Shown here piece after piece: positions 38,351 through 48,643 of a stretch of 64,000 nucleotides of DNA (positions are counted from its first letter, which is position 1; the number at the start of each line of letters is the position of its first letter). The DNA lies in NCBI GenBank assembly GCA_947449835.1, contig CANFSZ010000005.1, positions 5,812-69,811 of the forward strand, given 5' to 3'. Made by a program: the position numbers and the translations under genes. This stretch comes from Opitutia bacterium. Lineage in GTDB: Bacteria > Verrucomicrobiota > Verrucomicrobiia > Opitutales > Opitutaceae. A model generated the notes under the pieces. It did not search any database. It was not told where the DNA came from and saw nothing but the letters and a program-made list of their open reading frames with translations.

Positions 38351-38650
38351 TTCATTAAAATATGTTGTCTGCCGCTCAAGCGCTGCTCGTCGTGGTGGAG
38401 GGTCGGGGTGCGGGCTGGAATGTTTTTGAGTCGACCCGAGGTGGTGCCACTTGAAGTGGTGGCGCGCGGAAAATGGGCCGATTCCACAAAACGTCTTCGC
38501 GCGTCACGAACTGTACGATGGGCGGTTTTGCTGCAACTTGAGACGGATTTTGGTAGTGGATGGGGAATGCCATGGCGGGGTACTGACTCTCATCGGAAGT
38601 TTAAGTGCCGCGGGAAAGAGAAATCTCAGCGATTAAGTAAAAGCCCCCAT

Positions 38651-38659
38651 TGGTATAAT
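38651..38659 (+). promoter_or_regulatory. Extended -10 promoter element (TGnTATAAT) for the MFS gene
   Basis: tggtataat, about 97 nt upstream of ATG 38756. No good -35 element seen. Confidence 0.35.
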
Positions 38660-38755
38660 CATAAAATGTGACCTTGCCGGCCGCAAAACTGTTTCCCACT
38701 AATTCAAGGTCGAGTCTGTCTTCAACCCCCACACCCCTAATCCCTAGTTATCATT

Positions 38756-40315
38756 ATGAGTAACGAGCAAAATAGTTCTGCGCCTGTCGCACCCAATGCG
38801 AAGCGCCTCCTCTGGGCCGGTTTCATGGCCATCCTCGCCGCTGGCGTTGGTTTCGCCCTTCGCGGCGGTATCTTCGGCGCCTGGGCTTCTGAATACGGTT
38901 TCACCGCCACCCAATTGGGTGCGATCGGTGGCGCTGGCTTCTCGGGCTTCTGCTTCGGCATCATCATCGGCGGCGTCTTGGTCGACAAGTTCGGCTACGG
39001 CAAGCTGATCGGCCTCGCGCTTTTGGGGCACATTCTCTCGGCGTTTGTTACCTTCGGTGCTTCGACGCCGCAGAACGCCTATGACTTCCTTTACTGGGGC
39101 ATGTTTATCTTCGCCTACGCAAACGGCACCCTCGAAGCCGTGGCCAATCCGCTCGTCGCCACGACATTCCCGCAAAACCGCACGCACTATCTTAACATCC
39201 TTCACGCCTCTTGGCCGCTCGGCATGGTGGTCGGTGCCATCGCCTCCTACGCGCTCGGCGCGCACGGTCTCGGCCTCGGCTGGAAGGGTCAACTCGCCTT
39301 CTATCTCGTCCCGACTCTCGCTTACGCGGTGATGTTCATGGGTCAGACCTTCCCGAAGTCCGAAGCCGCGCTCAAAGGCGCCAACTTCGGCGAGATGTTC
39401 AAGGACGTCGGCCTTCTCGGTGCGGCGGTCGCTTGTTATCTGGTCGCGCTCTTCTTCGGCGGTGCCACCACGGGCTTCATCATCGGCGGCGTCTTATTGG
39501 TCACCGTGGGTGTCATCACGCGTTTCTCGCTGGGATCACTGCTTCTCTTTGTGCTCTTCGTGACTCACGCTCTCGTCGGCGCGGTCGAGCTTGGCACCGA
39601 TTCGTGGATCGAAGCCATCACCGGCAATCTCTTCACGGCTGACCAAGGCAAGACGCTCTTCATCTGGACCTCGGCCATCATGTTCGGCCTGCGCTTCTGC
39701 GCTGAGTTCATTGAAAAGAAAATCGGTTCACCGATCGCCCTTCTCGTCACTTCGGCGCTTCTCGCCGTGGTCGGTCTTCGTCTCGCCTCCGGCATGGATT
39801 CCTTCTACGTAGCGCTGGCGGCCCTCGGCATTTACGCCCTCGGTAAGACCTTCTTCTGGCCGACGATGCTCGCGGTCGTTGGCGATCGTTTCCCACGCTC
39901 CGGCGCCGTTGCGATGTCGATCATGGGCGGCATTGGCATGCTCTCCGCCGGTCTGCTCGGTGGCCCCGGTCTCGGCTACGCCAAGGACCGGTTTACCGCT
40001 GAAAATCTCCAGCAGTCCGCTCCCGCGGTCTACGCATCTGCCAAGGCCTCCGGCGAGTCGAAGTTCCTCTTCCTCTCCCCGGTGACCGCGGTTGATGGCA
40101 CCAAACTCGAAGCCGCCAAGAAAGCTGGCGACAAGGGCACTGCCGATCAAAAGGCTATCGTCGCCGCCAACCAAGCCGGTGACCGAGCCACATTGAAGGC
40201 CGACTCTTACATTCCTCTCACTATGGCCGCGATCTATCTGCTGCTGCTCTTCTATTTCAAGAGCATCGGTGGTTACCGTGCGCTTAAGATCGAAGAGCAA
40301 GAAAAAGCCGCCTGA
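38756..40315 (+). CDS. MFS transporter
   Basis: 519 aa with multiple hydrophobic helices and Gly-rich MFS-like loops. Substrate not inferable from sequence. Confidence 0.75.
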   Translation: MSNEQNSSAPVAPNAKRLLWAGFMAILAAGVGFALRGGIFGAWASEYGFTATQLGAIGGAGFSGFCFGIIIGGVLVDKFGYGKLIGLALLGHILSAFVTFGASTPQNAYDFLYWGMFIFAYANGTLEAVANPLVATTFPQNRTHYLNILHASWPLGMVVGAIASYALGAHGLGLGWKGQLAFYLVPTLAYAVMFMGQTFPKSEAALKGANFGEMFKDVGLLGAAVACYLVALFFGGATTGFIIGGVLLVTVGVITRFSLGSLLLFVLFVTHALVGAVELGTDSWIEAITGNLFTADQGKTLFIWTSAIMFGLRFCAEFIEKKIGSPIALLVTSALLAVVGLRLASGMDSFYVALAALGIYALGKTFFWPTMLAVVGDRFPRSGAVAMSIMGGIGMLSAGLLGGPGLGYAKDRFTAENLQQSAPAVYASAKASGESKFLFLSPVTAVDGTKLEAAKKAGDKGTADQKAIVAANQAGDRATLKADSYIPLTMAAIYLLLLFYFKSIGGYRALKIEEQEKAA

Positions 40316-40352
40316 GCTCGTAACATCGCGGGATTAACATCTCGCTTCATTT

Positions 40353-40391
40353 AAAAAAAGAGCGGGCCCCTAGTGGGTCCGCTCTTTTTTT
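40353..40391. terminator. Bidirectional rho-independent terminator (MFS / Hsp20, convergent)
   Basis: A7, then agagcgggccc / gggtccgctct (11-bp stem including one G-U pair), then a T run. Confidence 0.85.
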
Positions 40392-40413
40392 GGTCCTCAG
40401 GTTTGCGTCACGC

Positions 40414-40812
40414 TTACGCCACGCACGCCAGCGGCGGGTGACTGCCGACAACGTCCCGCTTAGGCAGGGTCACAGTCAATATGCCTTCGTGGATCTCCGC
40501 GCGCATGGCGGGATAATCAAAAGCTAGCCCGAGGCGCAGGCGCAAACGATAGTCGCGCTGTGCGCTTTCGAGATGCAAGGTCGACCAATTCACCCGCACG
40601 TAGTGGGCCTTGCGCGCCGTGATCAACAGATCGGGCCCGCGCGCCTCGATGTCCACGTCGGCGGCAGTAACGCCGGGCACAAAAACATCCAACTTGATGG
40701 CGTCACCTTGATCTTGGCACTCATAGTTCGGCTGACGGAAAGACTCGACGGGCGTTACCGCCGCAGAGCGCGAGCTGCCGTTGGACTGGAGTGGGTTGAT
40801 GATCGTGTGCAT
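40414..40812 (-). CDS. Hsp20/alpha-crystallin family small heat-shock protein
   Basis: Alpha-crystallin domain (DAIKLDVFVPGVTAADVDIEARGPDLLITARK...AEIHEGILTVTLPK). Confidence 0.8.
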   Translation of the reverse strand: MHTIINPLQSNGSSRSAAVTPVESFRQPNYECQDQGDAIKLDVFVPGVTAADVDIEARGPDLLITARKAHYVRVNWSTLHLESAQRDYRLRLRLGLAFDYPAMRAEIHEGILTVTLPKRDVVGSHPPLACVA

Positions 40813-41131
40813 GGGTGGGAAAGGCGGTGGTATCCTAGAGCTTAGGGCTCCGGGCTTCTCGGGTGGGCTAAACGCGTCCGTGAGTGCGGCGGTTTAGCGG
40901 GAGAAGCCCGCGCGGGTTTTTTGGCTCCATTGGGCTGCGACCGAACGCATCTGTGCACAGCGCTGCTGCTCGGCCTTCGTTATCGAAGTACCGTCGGAGC
41001 GGAGGAGATGGTTTTGAGTGCGGTGCATGAGAGCGAGTAGACGCACATTCACGCAGTCGCTGTGCCAAGCTGGAAAAAAATTATGACGGTGAAGATTGCG
41101 TGACGGCGCCTCGTCCGGCAGAATTGCACTC

Positions 41132-41506
41132 ATGGCTGCCGCAACCGATTCCACGACGAACTTGGCTGAACTGAAGGGCCGCGTGCTCGCCTTCGCCCGC
41201 GAGCGAGATTGGGAGCAATTTCATGCGCCGAAAAACCTCAGCATGGCGCTCGCCGCCGAGGCCGGCGAATTGATGGAGCATTTTTTGTGGAGCACGCCCG
41301 AGGCCTCGTGCGCGCACGTGGCCGATCCGGTCAAGCGCGCCAAAATCGCCGAAGAATTAGCGGATGTCGTGATCTACGCACTGGAGTTCGCTAACGTGGC
41401 GCAGATCGATGTCGCAGCCGCGATCGAGGCGAAGATGGCGGCCAACGCCCTGAAATATCCCGTCGAGAAAGCCAAAGGCCGCTCGGATAAATACACCGAG
41501 CTGTGA
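41132..41506 (+). CDS. MazG-like nucleotide pyrophosphohydrolase
   Basis: RDWEQFHAPKNLSMALAAEAGELMEHFLW and EELADVVIY motifs. Start set at the internal ATG 41132. Confidence 0.85.
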   Translation: MAAATDSTTNLAELKGRVLAFARERDWEQFHAPKNLSMALAAEAGELMEHFLWSTPEASCAHVADPVKRAKIAEELADVVIYALEFANVAQIDVAAAIEAKMAANALKYPVEKAKGRSDKYTEL

Positions 41507-41549
41507 TCGACGGCGGACCTTGGCTTTTTAGTTTCGGGTTTTAAGGCGC

Positions 41550-41581
41550 AAAAAAAAGGCCGCGCTGTGAAGCGCGACCTT
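41550..41581 (-). terminator. Rho-independent terminator after the DUF5069 gene
   Basis: aaggccgcgct / agcgcgacctt stem with 1 mismatch. On the minus strand it is followed by a T8 run. Confidence 0.6.
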
Positions 41582-41607
41582 GGGCTAACGTTTTGGGCGG
41601 CGCCCAA

Positions 41608-42054
41608 TTAGGCTTTGCCGCCGTAGCTGATGAAGTCGTCGAGATCGAGCATCTCGGCGAACGAGCGGATATCTTCGCGGGCGGATTTGTTGCCCTTGAT
41701 GACGCTCGCGATCCATTCGTGGCCTTCAGCGTCGCCGGGCCCGAGCTGCTCGAGCCAAGCGGACCATGCGAGGACTTCGTAAGGTTGGCGTTTGGTGTTG
41801 GCGTTTAACCACGTGAGGATTTCGACGTCGGTTTTGCCGGCTTTAATTTCTGCGAGCATGGCGTCGGCGGTGACGCCGACGAACGCAAAGAGCTGTTGGT
41901 CAAGCGGGCAGTTGTAATGGTAATCAGCGCCCTTGTTGGCGATGACGGCGCGGGCCTTGTCGAGCAGGCGAGCGAGATGGGCGTATCCGCCGATGCGCAC
42001 ACGGACGCTGCGCGGAGGATGTTGAGTGAGGTCTGGATTGCTATAGTTGATCAT
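41608..42054 (-). CDS. DUF5069 domain protein
   Basis: HPPRSVRVRIGGYAHLARLLDKARA...YHYNCPLDQQLF pattern recalled for DUF5069. Confidence 0.65.
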   Translation of the reverse strand: MINYSNPDLTQHPPRSVRVRIGGYAHLARLLDKARAVIANKGADYHYNCPLDQQLFAFVGVTADAMLAEIKAGKTDVEILTWLNANTKRQPYEVLAWSAWLEQLGPGDAEGHEWIASVIKGNKSAREDIRSFAEMLDLDDFISYGGKA

Positions 42055-42132
42055 GGACGCAGGGATTGAAATTTAGATTTCACTTTCACGCAAGCGGCGG
42101 GATGTTGAAGCGATCAATTTGGCTCGTTGCCC

Positions 42133-42492
42133 ATGAAAAACGCCCACGTCGTCCGCAATTACTATGTGCTCCCGTGCTGTTTGCTGCTGCTGAATCTCTG
42201 CGTGGAAATCGTGAGTTATAAGGCGCGGGTTTTCGGTGATCCTTTTCTGCGGACGGGCGCGATCATGGGTATGGTGCTGTTCGGCGGATCGTTGGTGGGA
42301 TTTGTCGTCTCGCCGATGATTGGTCGGCTCGTGGGCTCCTTACAGCGGAGTAGTCGGCGTACGGGCGGAGAATTAGGGGAAATTTTTTTCCTACTCCTGC
42401 TAGGCGCGTTAGTGTTTTGGCTCTATTACCGCGTGTACATCATCGGGCCGGAGTCCGTGCTGCCGGCTGAGTGGCTGAATCCGAAAATTTGA
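42133..42492 (+). CDS. Small membrane protein (hypothetical)
   Basis: Three hydrophobic segments. ATG 42133 preferred over the TTG at 42127. Confidence 0.45.
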   Translation: MKNAHVVRNYYVLPCCLLLLNLCVEIVSYKARVFGDPFLRTGAIMGMVLFGGSLVGFVVSPMIGRLVGSLQRSSRRTGGELGEIFFLLLLGALVFWLYYRVYIIGPESVLPAEWLNPKI

Positions 42493-42500
42493 AGCGCTGC

Positions 42501-43031
42501 TTAGGCTTTCGGGCGGAAACTTTTCATAACCTCGTCGCGAGTTTCGAGCCGGGCCGCGCCGATGAGATCAAGGCAATAAGGAATCGCGGGAAAAACGGCG
42601 GCGAGATTTTCGCCGATGGCTTTCGGGCGACCGGGGAGATTGACGATGAGCGTGCGCCCGCGGATGCCCGCCGTCTGGCGCGATAAGATCGCGGTGGGGA
42701 CGTACTGGAGCGACGTCGTTCGCATGAGTTCGCCGAAACCGGGCAGTTCTTTCTCGAGCACGGCGCGCGTGGCTTCCGGCGTGACGTCACGGGGCGTGGG
42801 GCCGGTACCGCCGGTCGTCACGATGAACGCGCAACCTGCTTCGTCGGCCATGCGGCGGAGTTCAGCTTCGATGACCGGGCGCTCGTCGGGGATGATTTTA
42901 TAATCGAGCTCGAATTCCGTCGTGAGCCACGTGCGCAATAGGGCGACACAAGCCTGGCCGGGTTCGTCGGCGTAGATGCCGGCGCTGGCGCGATCTGAGA
43001 TGTTGAGGATACCGATTTTGGGGAGGCTCAT
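42501..43031 (-). CDS. mog: Molybdopterin adenylyltransferase (Mog/MoaB family)
   Basis: TTGGTGPTPRDVTPEA motif. Size of 176 aa fits the family. Confidence 0.88.
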   Translation of the reverse strand: MSLPKIGILNISDRASAGIYADEPGQACVALLRTWLTTEFELDYKIIPDERPVIEAELRRMADEAGCAFIVTTGGTGPTPRDVTPEATRAVLEKELPGFGELMRTTSLQYVPTAILSRQTAGIRGRTLIVNLPGRPKAIGENLAAVFPAIPYCLDLIGAARLETRDEVMKSFRPKA

Positions 43032-43870
43032 GCGGGGGCGTGGCGAAAGGTTTCGATGATCTGCGCGGGAGTCACGCCCTGTTCGCGCAGGGCGCGCAGG
43101 CTGAGGGCGTCGTGGCGTTTGGCGAGGCGGACGCCGGCATCGTCGAGCATCAGCGGGGCGTGATAAAACTCGGGTGCGGGGGCGCCGAGCGCGCGGAAGA
43201 GAAGGAGCTGGCGAAAGGTGCTTTTCACGAGATCGGCGCCGCGGACCACTTCGGTGATGCGGAGGTCGGCGTCGTCGACGGTGCAGGCAAGTTGGTAGCT
43301 CGGGACGCCGTCTTTGCGCCAGACCAGGAAGTCGCCGAAGTCGCGGCCGGCGGTGGCGGTTTGCGGTCCGAGGGCTTGGTCTTGAAACGTGAGCGTTTCG
43401 CCATCGGGCACGCGGAAACGCCAGTTGACGGCGAGCGTGTCTGTGAGTGGGGGGAGCGGGGCGTCGAGCGCGGGACGAAATTGCGGCGGGTAAATCGGTT
43501 CGTCGTTATCGCCGCCCTCGTGTGGGGCGCCGATGGCGTCGAGCACATCGCGACGCGTGCGCGTGCAGGGAAAAATCGCGCCCGCGGCGTGGAGGCGGGC
43601 GAGCGCGGCGCGATACAGCGGGAGACGTTGGCTCTGGGCGATGATCGGTTCTTCCCAAGTGAAACCCAGCCAGCGCAGCTCTTCGAGCATCGCGGCTACA
43701 AAATCGAGGCGGAAGCGGATCGCATCGAGGTCGTCGTTGCGCAGTAAAAGCGTGCCGCCGACGGCGCGGGCGCGCTCGGCGGCGAGCCAGAACGTGCGGG
43801 CGTGACCGAGGTGGAGATGCCCGGTGGGCGAGGGCGCGAGCCGGCCGCGATAGGTTTTAGAAAGTGCCAA
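43028..43870 (-). CDS. gluQ: Glutamyl-Q tRNA(Asp) synthetase
   Basis: GRLAPSPTGHLHLGHA HIGH region. Truncated GluRS catalytic domain (280 aa, no anticodon-binding domain). TTG start. Confidence 0.85.
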   Translation of the reverse strand: MALSKTYRGRLAPSPTGHLHLGHARTFWLAAERARAVGGTLLLRNDDLDAIRFRLDFVAAMLEELRWLGFTWEEPIIAQSQRLPLYRAALARLHAAGAIFPCTRTRRDVLDAIGAPHEGGDNDEPIYPPQFRPALDAPLPPLTDTLAVNWRFRVPDGETLTFQDQALGPQTATAGRDFGDFLVWRKDGVPSYQLACTVDDADLRITEVVRGADLVKSTFRQLLLFRALGAPAPEFYHAPLMLDDAGVRLAKRHDALSLRALREQGVTPAQIIETFRHAPA

Positions 43871-43966
43871 GGGGAAGGTTTAAGTAAATGGAAGCGAAAT
43901 GAATTTCGTTGAACAGAGCTTGGCGTTTCTCAGGTCGAGGCTCAATCCTCGGTCTTAAACAAACTT

Positions 43967-44548
43967 ATGAGCAAATTACTGTGCGTTTACTGTGCCTCAA
44001 GCGACCGAGTTGATCCTAAATATGCGACGGCCGCGACGCAGCTGGGGAAACTCATGGTGGAGCAGGGTTGGGGGCTCGTCTACGGCGGCGGAAAAACCGG
44101 CCTTATGGGCGCGATCGCGCGATCGGTGAAGGCGAACGGAGGTCGGGTGGTCGGGGTGATTCCTGATTTCATGAAGGCGCGCGAGCTGGCTTTCGACGAG
44201 GCCGACGAACTCATCACGGTGATCACGATGCGCGAGCGAAAGCTCCTCATGGAGACGCGCGCGGACGCCTTTGTTACGTTGCCGGGCGGTTTTGGTACGC
44301 TCGAGGAGATTATGGAAATCCTCACGTTGCGCCAATTACACGTGGTCAAAAAACCCTGCGTGTTTCTAAACCAAGATGGCTTTTACGACGATCTGTTGCG
44401 GTTGTTCGAAAAGATGCTCGCCGAGAAATTTTTCAAACCCTCGAACATGGATTTGTTTCGCGTGGCTAATACTGTCGACGACGTGTTTGCGCAGATCGCA
44501 CTGGCGGCCGAGGCGAAGCTGGAGCCGAAGTGGTTCGACACGCGCTAA
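43967..44548 (+). CDS. LOG family (TIGR00730) nucleotide phosphoribohydrolase
   Basis: GGGKTGLMG and PGGFGTLEE motifs. Confidence 0.88.
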   Translation: MSKLLCVYCASSDRVDPKYATAATQLGKLMVEQGWGLVYGGGKTGLMGAIARSVKANGGRVVGVIPDFMKARELAFDEADELITVITMRERKLLMETRADAFVTLPGGFGTLEEIMEILTLRQLHVVKKPCVFLNQDGFYDDLLRLFEKMLAEKFFKPSNMDLFRVANTVDDVFAQIALAAEAKLEPKWFDTR

Positions 44549-44559
44549 GCCGAACTGCG

Positions 44560-45111
44560 ATGCACGAAAAAATCCGGGAATTATTAACGGGCTACGCGCG
44601 AACTTCGCTGGAGGCGCACGAAGCCGCGATGGTCACGGAAACCCTGCGCTTCATCGAGACCGAGCCGCAGTGTTTATGGCGCACGTGCGGGCCGGGACAT
44701 CTCACGGGCTCGGCGTGGATCGTCGATGCCACGAGGGGCCGGACCTTGCTCACGCATCATTTGAAGTTGGAAAAGTGGCTGCAACTCGGTGGCCACGCCG
44801 ATGGCGACGGCGATTTGCTCGCGGTGGCGTTGCGCGAAGGCCGTGAGGAAAGCGGACTCACGACGTTGCGGCTGGTGAAGGGAACTATTTTCGACGTCGA
44901 TCGCCACTGGATTCCGGCGCGCAAGACCGAGCCGGCGCATTGGCACTACGACGTGCGTTTCATGTTCGAAGCGGACGCGGGCGAGCCGCTGGTGCGGGCG
45001 GCGAACGAGTCGAAAGAATTGGCGTGGGTCGACCTCGCCCGTGTGACCGAACTAAATCCCGAGGAGTCGATGGCGCGGATGGTGCGGAAGACGCTCGCCG
45101 CGCGAGGCTGA
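44560..45111 (+). CDS. NUDIX hydrolase
   Basis: Nudix box GGHADGDGDLLAVALREGREESGL. Start set at the internal ATG 44560. Confidence 0.8.
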   Translation: MHEKIRELLTGYARTSLEAHEAAMVTETLRFIETEPQCLWRTCGPGHLTGSAWIVDATRGRTLLTHHLKLEKWLQLGGHADGDGDLLAVALREGREESGLTTLRLVKGTIFDVDRHWIPARKTEPAHWHYDVRFMFEADAGEPLVRAANESKELAWVDLARVTELNPEESMARMVRKTLAARG

Positions 45112-45112
45112 G

Positions 45113-46771
45113 TCAGGGTTTCAGCGCCGGAATCATCCCGGGCCAGACATAAGCTTGGAGCATCACGAGTAGACCCACGAGCACGGCAAGGCCGATGCTG
45201 TGCCAAAAGACGGCGCGCAAAATCGTGCCCGCGGCGGGGCTCTCCGGATGGCCACCGGTGGCGACACTCGCGACGACGATGCTCTGGGCGTCGATCATTT
45301 TACCCATGACGCCACCCGAGCTGTTGGCCGCGCACGTGAGGATCGGGGAAAAGCCGAGTTGTTCGGCGGTGACTTTTTGGAGGTTGCCGAAAAGCACGTT
45401 GGACGACGTGTCGCTGCCCGTGAGTGCGACCCCGAGCCAGCCGATGAGCGGCGAGAAAAACGGAAACAACCAACCCGTGCTGGCCAGAGCCAATCCCAAC
45501 GTCGTGTCGGTGCCGCTGTAGCGCGTCGTGTACCCGAGCGCCAGCATGGCGGAAATCGTGAGCAACGACACGCGCACGCGCAGCAGCGTTTGCCAATAAA
45601 TTTGCGCGGTGCGACGCAGACTCAAGCCCAGCGCGATCGCCGCGCTGAGGCCCGCGAGTAGAAGCGCGGTGCCTGTGGCGGAAAGTAGGTTCAGAACGAA
45701 GACCGCTTTTTCCGGCGTAGGCGCGGGTGCGACGGGAGGCATTTTTTCCACCCCGAGATGAAGCGCGGGCACGTTGAACTCGGGGGCGAATACCTGATTC
45801 AGCTGCGTTTTCACCTGCGGCAGGCCCCAGATGAATACGAAAACCGTGAGAAAACCCCAAGGAACCCAAGCCATCCACGCCGCCTTATGAGCCGTCGCAC
45901 CGGTCGCGGCGGTTGCCGCGGTTGCGGCTTCAGGTGCATGCGGGTTAACTGATTCTTCGGCGGGGCGCCAGAAGCGCATCAACACCACGACCGCGAACAT
46001 CGCGACGGCAGCGCTCATGATGTCGACCAGCCACGGTCCGTGAAAATTACTCACCAAAAATTGCATCGTACCAAAGGTCGCGCCCGAGACGAGGCACGCG
46101 GGCCAGACCGCGATCATGCCGCGCCAGCCGCATTGGGCGGCGACGAGCCAGAACGGGACGAGCAGCGAAAAGAAAGGGAGTTGTCGGCCCACCATCGCGC
46201 TGAGCGAAAGCACGTCGAGACCCGTGAGCGGCGCGAGTGTCGTGATGGGAATGCCAAGCGAACCGAAAGCGACCGGCGCGGTGTTGCCTATGAGAGCGAG
46301 TTTGGCGGCTTCGAGGGGTTTGAAGCCGAGGCCGATCATCAACGCGCCGGAAATCGCGACTGGCGCGCCAAATCCTGCCGCGCCTTCGATGAAGGCGCCG
46401 AAGCAAAATGCGAGTAACAGCGCTTGAATGCGGCGGTCACCGGAGACGCCCGCAATCTGACGTTGGAGCACGGCGAACTGGCCGGTTTCGACGGAGAGTT
46501 GGTAAATGAAGATCGCGTTGAGGATGAGCCACCCGATCGGCATGAGTCCGAAAGCGGCGCCGTAGCCAGCGGCGGCGAGCGTGAGTTTCCATGGCATGCC
46601 GTAGACGCCTACGGCCACACCGGCAGCGAGTGTTAGGGCGATGAGCGCCGCGAGGTGAGCCCGCACATGCCAAAACGCGAGCAGGCCGAGGAGGATGATG
46701 ACGGGAATCGCGGCGACGAGTGCGGAAACGCCGATGCCGCCCAGGGGAGCGTAAGTCTGTGACCAATGCAT
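45113..46771 (-). CDS. lctP: L-lactate permease (LctP family)
   Basis: 552 aa, polytopic. N-terminal [10 protein letters not shown]... and LctP-type conserved blocks. Confidence 0.88.
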   Translation of the reverse strand: MHWSQTYAPLGGIGVSALVAAIPVIILLGLLAFWHVRAHLAALIALTLAAGVAVGVYGMPWKLTLAAAGYGAAFGLMPIGWLILNAIFIYQLSVETGQFAVLQRQIAGVSGDRRIQALLLAFCFGAFIEGAAGFGAPVAISGALMIGLGFKPLEAAKLALIGNTAPVAFGSLGIPITTLAPLTGLDVLSLSAMVGRQLPFFSLLVPFWLVAAQCGWRGMIAVWPACLVSGATFGTMQFLVSNFHGPWLVDIMSAAVAMFAVVVLMRFWRPAEESVNPHAPEAATAATAATGATAHKAAWMAWVPWGFLTVFVFIWGLPQVKTQLNQVFAPEFNVPALHLGVEKMPPVAPAPTPEKAVFVLNLLSATGTALLLAGLSAAIALGLSLRRTAQIYWQTLLRVRVSLLTISAMLALGYTTRYSGTDTTLGLALASTGWLFPFFSPLIGWLGVALTGSDTSSNVLFGNLQKVTAEQLGFSPILTCAANSSGGVMGKMIDAQSIVVASVATGGHPESPAAGTILRAVFWHSIGLAVLVGLLVMLQAYVWPGMIPALKP

Positions 46772-46980
46772 TGGGTGGAGTGGGGTAAACTGAGCCGACG
46801 AAAAGCGAGCAGGCTCGGCGTGCGGTGGCGAGGGTTTTACTTAAGAACGGCGGTATGTGCTCAGATGGATGGTGTCCGCGACGCCGGAGGATTAAGTGTT
46901 GGGCCGAGATTCACGAGGTTACTTCGCCAACCGCGTTCACCGTAGTGGAGCAAGCGGAGGTTGCTGCTTCGAGCGGACGC

Positions 46981-47009
46981 AAAAAAAACGCTGGCCTAAA
47001 AGGCGAGCG
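46981..47009 (-). terminator. Probable terminator after the NIPSNAP gene
   Basis: Minus strand: cgctcgcc-tttta-ggccagcg (8-bp stem, 1 mismatch) followed by a T8 run. Confidence 0.45.
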
Positions 47010-47067
47010 GTTTGGCTAGCGGTTGCAGCTGCGCGGGTCAGGCGCGTCGGGCAGCACCCAAGCGGAC

Positions 47068-47922
47068 TTAGATTTGGGAATACGCGGTGGGAACGATGAA
47101 GCGCGCGGTGTTTTTAGACGTGTTATCTTTGTAGGTGGGTTGATCCTTCATTTTGATCCAACGCGGGTCGGTACCAAATTTTTTCCAGTTACCGAGATGT
47201 GTGGCGAGATCGGGACCGCAGGTGATGTAGCGCAGGTGGGGTAGGTTGGGGCCGGCGAGGGCTTGGCCAAAAAATACCGGCGACATTCCGAGGTCTTGCA
47301 TGAGCGGAATTTCGCCGTCGTTGAACATGGCCATTTTGCTCAGGGCGCGTTCTTCGCTGTGGCTTTCGTAATCACGTAGCTCGAAAATACGGGTAGAGGT
47401 TTTATTTTTGGAAAATGCCGGAATGGCGAGTTTGGGCATGCCGGAGAAGGCCCGCAGCAGCCACGTGTCGACGCGCTCGTAGGCCGGATTTGATTTTGGC
47501 GTTTGGAAATATTCGGGGGCCGCGGCTTGTACCTTGGCGTCGGCATTGAGCTCGGCGCTGATTTGCGTGAATGATTCCAGTGACGCGTGGTTGATGAGCA
47601 CCCAGATCGCGACGGGTGCCGTGAGCGTGCCGATCTTCGGTTTGGCGGTGATGGCTTTCTTGTCCACCTCGACCTCGGTGAAGACTCCGACGTTGGCGAG
47701 ACCACGGGCGTTCAGGGCGGGGATGAGCGCTTTCTCGAGATAGTTTTCGAGGATGGCGCTAGAGGTGTCGGGTTTTAAGCGATACGCGCGCAATTCGTAA
47801 TAATCACGGGCCGCGGCGGATGGACTGGGTTGGACGGCACGGGCGCTGATGCCCGTGGCTAGCGCTGCGGTGGCGGAGGCGGCGAGGGAGGATTTCAGGA
47901 AATTACGTCGGGTGGATTTCAT
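47068..47922 (-). CDS. NIPSNAP family protein with twin-arginine signal
   Basis: MKSTRRNFLKSSLAASATAALATGISARA TAT signal. Two NIPSNAP repeats (YYELRAYRLK, IFELRDYESH). ATG 47922 preferred over the TTG at 47952. Confidence 0.8.
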   Translation of the reverse strand: MKSTRRNFLKSSLAASATAALATGISARAVQPSPSAAARDYYELRAYRLKPDTSSAILENYLEKALIPALNARGLANVGVFTEVEVDKKAITAKPKIGTLTAPVAIWVLINHASLESFTQISAELNADAKVQAAAPEYFQTPKSNPAYERVDTWLLRAFSGMPKLAIPAFSKNKTSTRIFELRDYESHSEERALSKMAMFNDGEIPLMQDLGMSPVFFGQALAGPNLPHLRYITCGPDLATHLGNWKKFGTDPRWIKMKDQPTYKDNTSKNTARFIVPTAYSQI

Positions 47923-48163
47923 GGGAGGCAGGGTAAAACGAGGATTGTTCAAGATGGGCCGGAGCCCTCGCCGCGTACGAGCTTTGATTTTTAGTTAGTG
48001 GGTGAGGCTTTGTGTTAACGCAATTACGTATCATATAAAAAGACATTGAATCATGAGCGAATCTGCGTCGTGCAAAATGCAGTGCGGTGCGGTTCCTCGG
48101 TGAACGAGAGATTTTGTGGAATTTCCCGCGAACTTACTTTTGCGCGTTTAGGTCGATGGTAGG

Positions 48164-48643
48164 GTGAACACGATTATCCCCAGCATAAAAAAAACCCGCG
48201 GCGTCGTTTGGTTTTGGACTTCGCTCGCGTTGATTGGTTTGAGTTCCACACCGGTATCGGCGTTGCCCCGCGCTATCACGCTCGAAGCGATTCATCAGAT
48301 TGAAAATCCCCGCGATTTGAAACGGCCTGGGCCGTGTGGTGAACTGGGTGCGTATCAATTTCGCGCGGAAACGTGGTCGCAACATACGCAGCGTCCATTT
48401 GCTGATGCCTTGGATCGGCGCTGTTCGGATCATGTGGCCGCGCAGCACTATAATTGGATATGCGAACGTTTGGTGAAAAATGGGCTAGAGCCTTCAGTCT
48501 ATAACGTCGCGCTGGCGTGGAACGCCGGTCTTTACGCAACCCTACGCGGACGCGCGCCGCGCCGCAGTCACGACTACGCGATGCGCGTGGGCAACATCGC
48601 TTCCGATCTGCATATCCGCACGCAAGCCCTCGCGTCGCGTTGA
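48164..48643 (+). CDS. Secreted lytic-transglycosylase (SLT)-like small protein
   Basis: Signal-like N-terminus. IHQIENP...GELGAYQFRAETW resembles the SLT catalytic Glu block. GTG start. Confidence 0.5.
   Translation: MNTIIPSIKKTRGVVWFWTSLALIGLSSTPVSALPRAITLEAIHQIENPRDLKRPGPCGELGAYQFRAETWSQHTQRPFADALDRRCSDHVAAQHYNWICERLVKNGLEPSVYNVALAWNAGLYATLRGRAPRRSHDYAMRVGNIASDLHIRTQALASR

Noticed and set aside
38376-38573. 65-codon minus-strand ORF ending just before the orphan terminator
   Set aside because: Not called as a CDS. It has no Shine-Dalgarno-like sequence and a Pro-rich composition. By hand count only about 38 of 65 third positions are G or C, which looked weak to me. It is kept only as a possibility within the intergenic finding.
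45109-45115. Convergent Nudix and lctP stop codons separated by a single nucleotide, with no terminator between them
   Set aside because: Tight convergent packing is common in compact genomes. No structure or signal was seen that would make it noteworthy.
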